The position numbers and the translations under genes were made by a program. From the IMG/VR virus record IMGVR_UViG_2703718855_000004: DNA of 16,966 nt; one strand, 5' to 3'. The stretch comes from a virus (lineage: Duplodnaviria > Heunggongvirae > Uroviricota > Caudoviricetes). The notes beneath the pieces were generated by a model. It was given only the letters and a program-made list of their open reading frames with translations. It had not been told where the DNA came from and did no database searches. Below are positions 8,391-15,682 of this stretch, one piece after another. How positions within the stretch are numbered: position 1 is the stretch's first letter; each line of letters starts with the position of its first letter.

Positions 8391-9473
8391 ATGAAAAAAT
8401 TAACAGTGGCAATTTCTGCTGTAGCTGCATCAGTACTGATGGCGATGTCTGCTCAGGCAGCTGAAATTTATAATAAAGACAGTAACAAGCTGGATCTGTA
8501 CGGGAAAGTTAATGCTAAGCACTACTTCTCCTCTAATGATGCAGATGATGGTGATACTACTTATGCCCGTCTTGGCTTCAAAGGTGAAACCCAAATCAAC
8601 GATCAACTGACTGGTTTCGGTCAGTGGGAATATGAATTCAAAGGCAACCGCGCTGAATCTCAAGGTTCCTCCAAAGATAAAACCCGTCTTGCCTTCGCTG
8701 GCCTGAAATTCGGTGACTACGGCTCCATCGATTATGGCCGTAACTACGGTGTAGCATACGATATTGGTGCATGGACCGACGTTCTGCCAGAATTCGGTGG
8801 CGATACCTGGACCCAAACAGATGTATTCATGACTGGTCGCACCACAGGTGTTGCAACTTATCGTAACAATGACTTCTTTGGTCTGGTTGATGGTCTGAAC
8901 TTTGCTGCTCAGTATCAGGGTAAAAATGACCGCACTGACGTAACTGAAGCTAATGGTGATGGTTTCGGTTTCTCCACTACTTATGAGTATGAAGGATTCG
9001 GTGTAGGTGCAACCTATGCTAAATCTGACCGCACTAATAATCAGGTTATCTACGGTAACAACAGCCTGAATGCATCTGGTCAAAATGCTGAAGTATGGGC
9101 AGCTGGTCTGAAATATGATGCGAACAACATCTATCTGGCTACCACCTATTCTGAAACCCAGAACATGACTGTTTTTGGTAATAACCATATTGCCAACAAA
9201 GCACAAAACTTCGAAGTAGTTGCACAATATCAGTTCGACTTCGGTCTGCGTCCGTCCGTTGCTTACCTGCAATCTAAAGGAAAAGACTTGGGTGCGTGGG
9301 GTGATCAGGACCTGGTTGAATATATTGATGTAGGTGCAACCTATTACTTCAACAAAAATATGTCCACTTTTGTTGATTACAAAATCAACCTGATTGATAA
9401 GAGCGATTTCACGAAAGCATCTGGCGTTGCTACCGATGATATCGTTGCTGTAGGTATGGTTTACCAGTTCTAA
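8391..9473 (+). CDS. nmpC: General porin of the OmpC/OmpF/PhoE family, prophage-encoded (NmpC/Lc-type), apparently intact
   Basis: 360-aa product [23 protein letters not shown]|[23 protein letters not shown]... has a signal peptide, the porin N-terminal motif, and a C-terminal ...GMVYQF with terminal Phe typical of OM beta-barrels. The start was chosen at 8391, not the ORF-track 8331. Confidence 0.9.
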   Translation: MKKLTVAISAVAASVLMAMSAQAAEIYNKDSNKLDLYGKVNAKHYFSSNDADDGDTTYARLGFKGETQINDQLTGFGQWEYEFKGNRAESQGSSKDKTRLAFAGLKFGDYGSIDYGRNYGVAYDIGAWTDVLPEFGGDTWTQTDVFMTGRTTGVATYRNNDFFGLVDGLNFAAQYQGKNDRTDVTEANGDGFGFSTTYEYEGFGVGATYAKSDRTNNQVIYGNNSLNASGQNAEVWAAGLKYDANNIYLATTYSETQNMTVFGNNHIANKAQNFEVVAQYQFDFGLRPSVAYLQSKGKDLGAWGDQDLVEYIDVGATYYFNKNMSTFVDYKINLIDKSDFTKASGVATDDIVAVGMVYQF

Positions 9474-9636
9474 TTTGATTACTAAAAGATATGTTGCGGG
9501 AGGCTTTGCCTCCCCAACATATAAGTGGCTCCCTCAAGCCACTTCCTTTAGGAGCACAACCTTGCTTCTAACTATATAAACCTTCTGTTATATATTACCC
9601 TTTATTTTTGGGGGCGTCTCAACGCCCCATTTTTAA
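9474..9636 (+). ncRNA. Structured 3' region downstream of the porin gene; possible IpeX-like small RNA (tentative)
   Basis: Three consecutive hairpins: ATGTTGCGGGAGGC-tttg-GCCTCCCCAACAT (9491..9520), AGTGGCT-ccctca-AGCCACT, and the terminator GGGGCG-tctcaa-CGCCCC plus ATTTTT. A porin-regulating sRNA (IpeX) is reported at the 3' end of nmpC in DLP12. The identity is from memory and the ends are not mapped. Confidence 0.3.
9603..9636. terminator. Bidirectional rho-independent terminator between convergent nmpC and Q genes
   Basis: TTATTTTTG-GGGGCG-tctcaa-CGCCCC-ATTTTT: a GC stem flanked by T-runs on both strands. Confidence 0.65.
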
Positions 9637-9661
9637 TAATTTTTAGTAAACAATTGGCATA

Positions 9662-10045
9662 TTAATTAGAGTTATTAACAACGATATCCATCTCTAACCG
9701 GATATCTAATGCCATTAACATCCCTTCAATTATACCCTCAGCCTTCTGTAACCTTTTCCCGATATAACCATCAGAGCAGCAATGCTTACCTGCCAGTGAC
9801 ATGAATGTCATACCGACTACATAATAATCTACTAATAAATCGTGCAAATCGCTGTTGTTCTTTTTCAGACGGGCCATGCACCCGCAAATGATCATCGCGT
9901 CATCGTCACAACATTGCGGGCGAGATTTTACTTTTGAAGTAATTAATCCCTTAAAACCGGCGGCAATGGACGACCAGGTCACATCTTCATGATTATTAGC
10001 CGCCCACGCTCCCCAACGCTCAAGAACCATCTGAATATCACGCAT
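9662..10045 (-). CDS. quuD: Late-gene antiterminator Q (phage 82/21-type, QuuD-like)
   Basis: Product [71 protein letters not shown]... (127 aa from the second Met; the ORF track starts 5 codons upstream). It has Cys-rich zinc-binding motifs and sits downstream of rusA as in DLP12. Confidence 0.85.
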   Translation of the reverse strand: MRDIQMVLERWGAWAANNHEDVTWSSIAAGFKGLITSKVKSRPQCCDDDAMIICGCMARLKKNNSDLHDLLVDYYVVGMTFMSLAGKHCCSDGYIGKRLQKAEGIIEGMLMALDIRLEMDIVVNNSN

Positions 10046-10130
10046 CAACTTACTCCACAAAAATCAGACCAGAACGCCAATTACAAGCAAAAATCAATAA
10101 AACAGTATTAGTTGATTGTTATCTCTGACT

Positions 10131-10253
10131 TCATACTCCTGCTCCTGTCAGGGTTTTGGCGTAATTCCTCAGTATTCGGTAATCGGTCAAAACAGAACTG
10201 GGGAAACGATATAAGCGCAGGCGCATCCAGCGGTGGCGAAGAAGTTCTGCCAT
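10131..10253 (-). CDS. Small ORF between rusA and Q (YlcG-like position)
   Basis: My translation: MAELLRHRWMRLRLYRFPSSVLTDYRILRNYAKTLTGAGV (40 aa), below the ORF-track cutoff. Called on position only. Confidence 0.35.
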   Translation of the reverse strand: MAELLRHRWMRLRLYRFPSSVLTDYRILRNYAKTLTGAGV

Positions 10254-10267
10254 ATTAAACTCAAACA

Positions 10268-10630
10268 TCATTCATTCCCCATTTCGGTGATGGTCAGTTC
10301 CAGCCTCCCACCTTTGGTAACAGGCATCTTCACAACGCGGTAATCAACGACCTGAGCATCATCCAGCCAGAAACCTGCTTTGGTGAGTGCGTCAAAAGCG
10401 GCTTTTTGCAGATTATCCAGGTCACGGCGACGGCGATCCGGCATGTGGCACTCAATACGGATTTTCACTGGCATAGCCAGGCCGATATCCAGCATTGCGT
10501 TTTTAATGATTCGGGTGACGTTATCGCGGTATGCCTGCCCTTCTGCGCTGATGTGTGTGCGCCCGCGATTATGGCGGTAATAGCGATTATTGCTCGGAGG
10601 CCAGGGTAATGTGATGCTGTAGGTATTCAC
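10268..10630 (-). CDS. rusA: Holliday-junction resolvase RusA
   Basis: 120-aa [123 protein letters not shown] matches RusA. Confidence 0.92.
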   Translation of the reverse strand: MNTYSITLPWPPSNNRYYRHNRGRTHISAEGQAYRDNVTRIIKNAMLDIGLAMPVKIRIECHMPDRRRRDLDNLQKAAFDALTKAGFWLDDAQVVDYRVVKMPVTKGGRLELTITEMGNE

Positions 10631-10917
10631 GCCTTAATAACCCCCTCTTTCAGCCAGATAACCTGTGTTCTCGCCATACCTTCCAGCGCGCATTCTTTTG
10701 CATATGCAGCATCGACAAAATGTGTGCGGCGGTCGATTTCGTCGTGGCAGGCAGAACATGCAATGGTGGCAATCAGGTCTGGCGGTTTCGTACCGGTGCC
10801 GCACAATCCAGTCAGCCGGATATGTGCCAGTACAGACGTTTCAGGGTTGCCATTACATACGCCAGGGATTCTTACCTGGCATTCCCGACCACGCGCTGCT
10901 TTTCTCAAATCAGCCAT
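10627..10917 (-). CDS. ybcO: Nin-region protein YbcO (DUF1364, Cys-rich putative nuclease)
   Basis: 96-aa product [64 protein letters not shown]... (start 13 codons inside the ORF-track start). It overlaps rusA by 4 nt. Confidence 0.85.
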   Translation of the reverse strand: MADLRKAARGRECQVRIPGVCNGNPETSVLAHIRLTGLCGTGTKPPDLIATIACSACHDEIDRRTHFVDAAYAKECALEGMARTQVIWLKEGVIKA

Positions 10918-11072
10918 GACTCCTCCTTGCTGCCAGTCGCAACCATTTTTTATCAACCAGGCTGGCGGTATATCCGAGCAGTGTTGGTATTTCGGAAGGC
11001 TTCAGCTCCGGTTTACGCTTACGACGATTTGGTACTCTGTAGATGTGTCCGTTCATGACACGAATAAGCGGT
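10902..11072 (-). CDS. ninE: NinE protein
   Basis: My translation: [56 protein letters not shown] (56 aa). Its 3' end overlaps the ybcO start by 16 nt. Confidence 0.75.
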
Positions 11073-11079
11073 GTAGCCA

Positions 11080-11535
11080 TTACGCCTCCTGTTTGTCGCG
11101 GAGCTGCTGGAACTCGCAGCTCTGCGGAATAGTCAGGTGGCAGCCAATATTCACCGCCCAGGCTTCAACCTTACACAGGAAGATATACATCTCTCCGGTA
11201 TCAAGATCGGAGGTATGGCGTAACGACTGGATAGTAGTGATTTCGCCGGTTACGACATCAACCAGGTCCTTGGTTTCATAACCGAGGTATGTGTGTTTGA
11301 GAGCATCTTTTACCCATGCTGCGGTAGCGAACGATTTCCCCCTGCTGATGAGGTATTCACTGATTTCGCTGTACCACATGTGGCTGAGTGCATTCTGGGA
11401 AAGACTGCGTTTCTCACGCCACGGTTTAAGCACCATGCGAAAGCATTTTCCGTCCTCCAGATAAGGCTGGATCTGCTGGCCGATAGCGGTGAAGTTACCG
11501 CGATGCAGTTTGATGCCATCTTGTGGTAGGTTCAC
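11080..11535 (-). CDS. ybcN: NinB-family recombination protein (YbcN-like)
   Basis: 151-aa ORF containing ...[20 protein letters not shown]..., comparable to the R-x-RSLDQN motif of lambda NinB. It heads the ninE-ybcO-rusA cluster. Confidence 0.8.
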   Translation of the reverse strand: MNLPQDGIKLHRGNFTAIGQQIQPYLEDGKCFRMVLKPWREKRSLSQNALSHMWYSEISEYLISRGKSFATAAWVKDALKHTYLGYETKDLVDVVTGEITTIQSLRHTSDLDTGEMYIFLCKVEAWAVNIGCHLTIPQSCEFQQLRDKQEA

Positions 11536-11725
11536 GCTTCACCTCCGCAGAGGTCAGACGCTGGATGCAAAAAATCGCAGGTGCATTTCTGCATCTGTGA
11601 AGGGAGAAGAGAGTTTGGATTGTATGTGCGCATAAACGTCCCCGTTTAGCGCAGAAGTCACCGGAGTTGTTCAAGCTCCGATGACTTTATTATTACGAAT
11701 TGATTTTACAAAATCAAAAGGTATG

Positions 11726-12178
11726 TTAGTGACGCGGGTCTGTTATTATGCGAGAAGGGTTTCCGTATAAAACAAGGACCTTACTTCCTTGAGTAAATAA
11801 CGGATCTTTGCCTTGAACAATGGTCATTAAATTCCCATTCTCAGTTTCGACAACATATTCCATGCCTGTTTGTTTTGTTGCTGAAGATTCGATTGCTGCC
11901 CCGGCAATACCACCAATGACTGCACCACCAACGGCACCAACGATATTAGAACGAACTCCCCCACCAAGCGCAGAACCAGCGGTTGCCCCCACGGCAGCCC
12001 CAGCAGTCCCGCCTAACGCGGAAGTCCCACTGATATCAACCCCCCTAGCACTAATAACTGTACCAGCGATAGTTCGATTAACCATGCCCACAGAGCCAAC
12101 AGAATAACTATTTGGCGATATATTTTGTGCGCATCCAACCAACACTAAGAGTGGAGCAATTACGAATAATCGCTTCAT
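11726..12178 (-). CDS. Outer-membrane lipoprotein with glycine-zipper domain, SlyB/Pcp-like
   Basis: 150 aa. Signal peptide with lipobox LVGC, then a long Gly/Ala zipper (GGTAGAAVGATAGSALGGGVRSNIVGAVGGAVIGGIAGAAI), then a C-terminal segment GMEYVVETENGNLMTIVQGKDPLFTQGSKVLVLYGNPSRI that aligns by eye with the E. coli SlyB C-terminus. The start overlaps the upstream gene's stop (ATGA). Confidence 0.8.
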   Translation of the reverse strand: MKRLFVIAPLLVLVGCAQNISPNSYSVGSVGMVNRTIAGTVISARGVDISGTSALGGTAGAAVGATAGSALGGGVRSNIVGAVGGAVIGGIAGAAIESSATKQTGMEYVVETENGNLMTIVQGKDPLFTQGSKVLVLYGNPSRIITDPRH

Positions 12179-12735
12179 TTAGCTACCCTAACAGGAAACA
12201 TTGGACGAGAAAGATCAACACTTTCTAATGCTTGCAAGAACTGCGTTATGTTGTTTTGCACCGCGCGATTAACAGATTCGCGTGCTCGAACAATACCGTA
12301 GAATGCGTAACTGGCTGGAACAGTACCGGTAGACTCAATATCCTGCGTATATATAATATCACCATTCGCACGGTTGATTATTTCATACCTTGCAATTGCT
12401 TTAGTTGTCATTGAAACACCAAAAGCAGGAACGTCAAGAGCCAACACTTTAACATTTAAGCTAACCGTATTTGGTGAACTATCACGAAAAATAGTCATTC
12501 GGTCGAGTGCTTCCTGCAAAGATTCACGCCAAATTGGAGTTATAGCCTCCATACCAGCAGTGATATCCCCTTTCTGCTCATCTGGACGAGCAAGTGATAC
12601 CGTTAATGACTTAATTTCAGCATCTATTTTTTTCTGGCTAACTCCCACGTTAGGTGTTGAAAAATTCAATGGTGGCACACTAGCGCAACCTGTTAAAGAA
12701 CCAATAATCATGGCTAATAATATTATCTTCTTCAT
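12175..12735 (-). CDS. Uncharacterized lipoprotein, first gene of a two-gene lipoprotein operon
   Basis: 186 aa. MKKIILLAMIIGSLTGC|ASVPP... has lipobox LTGC and a Shine-Dalgarno-like AAGG 8 nt upstream. I recognise no family. It is translationally coupled to the SlyB-like gene. Confidence 0.75.
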   Translation of the reverse strand: MKKIILLAMIIGSLTGCASVPPLNFSTPNVGVSQKKIDAEIKSLTVSLARPDEQKGDITAGMEAITPIWRESLQEALDRMTIFRDSSPNTVSLNVKVLALDVPAFGVSMTTKAIARYEIINRANGDIIYTQDIESTGTVPASYAFYGIVRARESVNRAVQNNITQFLQALESVDLSRPMFPVRVAK

Positions 12736-12991
12736 AAATTTACCTTATTGTTATAACCAAAGGAATTATAAAGTAAAAAAGTTCACTATCACTAGCCATT
12801 AACGACATCAATTTCAGAGAAACATGGTACTCATTTCCACAAATTTGACACAAGTCATTTTCACCTACATATTCCATCATACTTGATGCATATGTTATTG
12901 AAGCCTCTATCCTATCCGTTCATAATAGCAATAGTTACCCGGGTGATAGTACCTCTATGATTACTCGTCTTTCTGATTGATTGGATTAAAT

Positions 12992-13183
12992 ATGCGCGCC
13001 AAAATTTATCAACTTTCGTTATGGATATTTATTTCGTTTCTAGCGATCTATGCCTTTATTATCTATAAAGGTTCTTATATTGGAGTAGCATTGCATCAAA
13101 TTGCTTGGATCATCATTATTGCCTCTGGCTTGATTGCTAGGCTAACTAAACCAAAGCAAAAACCAATTTCGTCCAATAATTAG
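12992..13183 (+). CDS. Small hydrophobic ORF with two predicted TM helices (hypothetical)
   Basis: 63 aa from the ATG at 12992: MRAKIYQLSLWIFISFLAIYAFIIYKGSYIGVALHQIAWIIIIASGLIARLTKPKQKPISSNN. The ORF track starts at 12977 on a non-ATG codon. There is no convincing RBS, and the surrounding DNA is AT-rich and divergent from the lipoprotein operon. Confidence 0.3.
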   Translation: MRAKIYQLSLWIFISFLAIYAFIIYKGSYIGVALHQIAWIIIIASGLIARLTKPKQKPISSNN

Positions 13184-13340
13184 ACATGTATTAAAAAAAT
13201 GATATTTTTATGTACATAGTCTATTGAAAATTGCCGCGATAAAATGCCAACACCCGCTTCATCGCGGCACTCTGGCGACACTCCTTGAAAATCAGATTCG
13301 TGCTCACCTTTCCTTCCCGTTCTTCCCTGGTAGCGAACCG

Positions 13341-13789
13341 GTAATCATCCGATCTGCGTTACCGAGTGGATGGATGAATGCCGCCGCGAACCATTCAAAA
13401 CCCGCGAAGGCAGAGAAATTACGGGGCCGTGGCAGTCGCATCCCAAACGGATGTTACGGCATAAAGCCATGATTCAGTGTGCCCGTCTGGCCTTCGGATT
13501 TGCTGGTATCTATGACAAGGATGAAGCCGAGCGCATTGTCGAAAATACCGCATACACCGCAGAACGTCAGCCGGAACGCGACATTACTCCGGTTAACGAT
13601 GAAACCATGCAGGAGATTAACACTCTGCTGATTGCCCTGGACAAAACATGGGATGACGACTTATTGCCGCTCTGTTCCCAGATATTTCGCCGCGACATTC
13701 GCGCATCGTCAGAACTGACACAGGCCGAAGCAGTGAAAGCTCTTGGATTCCTGAAACAGAAAGCCACTGAGCAGAAGGTGGCAGCATGA
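13341..13789 (+). pseudogene. bet: bet (Red-beta recombinase), 5'-truncated; only the C-terminal ~149 codons remain
   Basis: From about 13341 the frame reads (G)NHPICVTEWMDECRREPFKTREGREITGPWQSHPKRMLRHKAMIQCARLAFGFAGIYDKDEAERIVENTAYTAERQ...KVAA, matching the C-terminal part of lambda Bet. There is an in-frame stop at 13331..13333 and unrelated sequence upstream. Confidence 0.85.
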
Positions 13790-14466
13790 CACCGGACATT
13801 ATCCTGCAGCGTACCGGGATCGACGTGAGAGCTGTCGAACAGGGGGATGATGCATGGCACAAATTACGGCTCGGCGTCATCACCGCTTCAGAAGTTCACA
13901 ACGTGATAGCCAAGCCCCGCTCAGGAAAGAAGTGGCCTGACATGAAAATGTCCTACTTCCACACCCTGCTGGCTGAGGTTTGCACCGGTGTGGCTCCGGA
14001 AGTTAATGCTAAGGCGCTGGCATGGGGAAAACAGTACGAGAACGACGCCAGAACCCTGTTTGAATTCACTTCCGGCGTGAATGTTACTGAATCCCCGATC
14101 ATCTATCGCGACGAAAGTATGCGCACCGCCTGCTCTCCCGATGGTTTATGCAGTGACGGCAATGGCCTTGAGCTGAAATGCCCGTTTACCTCCCGGGATT
14201 TCATGAAGTTCCGGCTCGGTGGTTTCGAGGCCATAAAGTCGGCTTACATGGCCCAGGTGCAGTACAGCATGTGGGTGACACGAAAAGATGCCTGGTACTT
14301 TGCCAACTATGACCCGCGTATGAAGCGTGAAGGACTGCATTATGTCGTGGTTGAGCGGGATGAAAAGTACATGGCGAGTTTTGACGAGATGGTGCCGGTG
14401 TTCATCGAAAAAATGGACGAGGCACTGGCTGAAATTGGTTTTGTATTTGGGGAGCAATGGCGATGA
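13786..14466 (+). CDS. exo: Lambda exonuclease (Red-alpha), full length
   Basis: 226-aa [68 protein letters not shown]...GEQWR is collinear with lambda Exo over its full length, with only a few substitutions from the recalled sequence. The start overlaps the bet stop (ATGA). Confidence 0.95.
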   Translation: MTPDIILQRTGIDVRAVEQGDDAWHKLRLGVITASEVHNVIAKPRSGKKWPDMKMSYFHTLLAEVCTGVAPEVNAKALAWGKQYENDARTLFEFTSGVNVTESPIIYRDESMRTACSPDGLCSDGNGLELKCPFTSRDFMKFRLGGFEAIKSAYMAQVQYSMWVTRKDAWYFANYDPRMKREGLHYVVVERDEKYMASFDEMVPVFIEKMDEALAEIGFVFGEQWR

Positions 14467-15548
14467 CGCATCCTCACGATAATATCCGGGTAGGCGCAAT
14501 CACTTTCGTCTACTCCGTTAACCTTTATATAAGAAACAATGGATATTACTGCTACAGGGACCCAAGGACGGGTAAAGAGTTTGGATTAGGCCGAGACAGG
14601 CGAATCGCAATCACTGAAGCTATACAGGCCAACATTGAGTTATTTTCAGGACACAAACACAAGCCTCTGACAGCGAGAATCAACAGTGATAATTCCGTTA
14701 CGTTACATTCATGGCTTGATCGCTACGAAAAAATCCTGGCCAGCAGAGGAATCAAGCAGAAGACACTCATAAATTACATGAGCAAAATTAAAGCAATAAG
14801 GAGGGGTCTGCCTGATGCTCCACTTGAAGACATCACCACAAAAGAAATTGCGGCAATGCTCAATGGATACATAGACGAGGGAAAGGCGGCATCAGCCAAG
14901 TTAATCAGATCAACACTGAGCGATGCATTCCGAGAGGCTATGGCTGAAGGCCATATAACAACAAACCCGGTCGCAGCCACTCGCGCTGCAAAATCAGAGG
15001 TAAGGAGATCAAGACTTACGGCTGACGAATACCTGAAAATTTATCAAGCAGCAGAATCATCACCATGTTGGCTTAGACTTGCAATGGAACTGGCTGTTGT
15101 TACCGGGCAGCGAGTTGGTGATTTATGCGAAATGAAGTGGTCTGATATCGTAGATGGATATCTTTATGTCGAGCAAAGCAAAACAGGCGTAAAAATTGCC
15201 ATCCCAACAACATTGCATGTTGATGCTCTCGGGATATCAATGAAGGAAACACTTGATAAATGCAAAAAGATTCTTGGCGGAGAAACCATAATTGCATCTA
15301 CTCGTCGTGAACCGCTTTCATCCGGCACAGTATCAAGGTATTTTATGCGCGCACGAAAAGCATCAGGTCTCTCCTTCGAAGGGGATCCGCCAACCTTTCA
15401 CGAGTTGCGCAGTTTGTCTGCAAGACTCTATGAGAAGCAGATAAGCGATAAATTTGCTCAACATCTTCTCGGGCATAAGTCGGACACCATGGCATCACAG
15501 TATCGTGATGACAGAGGCAGGGAGTGGGACAAAATTGAAATCAAATAA
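14457..15548 (+). CDS. int: Lambda-type integrase (tyrosine recombinase) with replaced N-terminus: 22 codons matching the start of lambda orf60a are fused in frame to Int from about residue 16
   Basis: 363-aa [25 protein letters not shown]|[27 protein letters not shown]... After the junction (nt ~14520) it is near-identical to lambda Int and retains the catalytic residues (R in VTGQRVGD, K in SKTGVK, H-x-x-R in [10 protein letters not shown] and Y in [11 protein letters not shown]). The start overlaps the exo stop. Confidence 0.88.
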   Translation: MAMTHPHDNIRVGAITFVYSVNLYIRNNGYYCYRDPRTGKEFGLGRDRRIAITEAIQANIELFSGHKHKPLTARINSDNSVTLHSWLDRYEKILASRGIKQKTLINYMSKIKAIRRGLPDAPLEDITTKEIAAMLNGYIDEGKAASAKLIRSTLSDAFREAMAEGHITTNPVAATRAAKSEVRRSRLTADEYLKIYQAAESSPCWLRLAMELAVVTGQRVGDLCEMKWSDIVDGYLYVEQSKTGVKIAIPTTLHVDALGISMKETLDKCKKILGGETIIASTRREPLSSGTVSRYFMRARKASGLSFEGDPPTFHELRSLSARLYEKQISDKFAQHLLGHKSDTMASQYRDDRGREWDKIEIK

Positions 15549-15640
15549 TGATTTTATTTTGACTGATAGTGACCTGTTCGTTGCAACAAATTGATAAGCA
15601 ATGCTTTTTTATAATGCCAACTTAGTATAAAAAAGCAGGC
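15549..15640. other. attL prophage-host junction (B-O-P'); core O at 15622..15636, P' arm on the int side
   Basis: The reverse complement reads GCCTGCTTTTTTATACTAAGTTGGCATTATAAAAAAGCATTGCTTATCAATTTGTTGCAACGAACAGGTCACTATCAGTCAAAATAAAATCATTATTTGA: the lambda 15-bp core GCTTTTTTATACTAA with the P' arm on one side and the bacterial B half-site (GCCTGC) on the ybhC side. Confidence 0.88.
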
Positions 15641-15682
15641 TTCAACGGATTCATTTTTCTATTTCATAGCCCGGAGCAACCT

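Noticed and set aside
8430-9272. 280-aa ORF on the minus strand inside the porin gene
   Set aside because: It is entirely antisense to a strongly supported porin CDS and has low-complexity composition with no start context. Shadow ORF.
10724-11281. 185-aa plus-strand ORF spanning ybcO, ninE and ybcN
   Set aside because: It is antisense to three consecutive conserved nin-region genes. Shadow ORF.
11545-11600. Hairpin (GCAG...CTGC plus T-run on the minus strand) upstream of the NinB-like gene; possible tR2-like terminator
   Set aside because: The stem is only 4 bp within a looser palindrome, which is too weak to call as a feature. Noted only as a possible border element between cargo and nin region.
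11820-12107. 95-aa Pro/Ala-rich plus-strand ORF
   Set aside because: It is the antisense of the glycine-zipper (GGN-rich) segment of the SlyB-like lipoprotein, which produces an artefactual Pro/Ala-rich frame.
13224-13472. 82-aa ORF overlapping the bet remnant in another frame
   Set aside because: The bet frame has clear lambda homology from ~13341. This ORF is an alternative-frame artefact.
13567-13883. Minus-strand ORFs of 97 and 88 aa inside bet and exo
   Set aside because: They are antisense to well-supported recombination genes.
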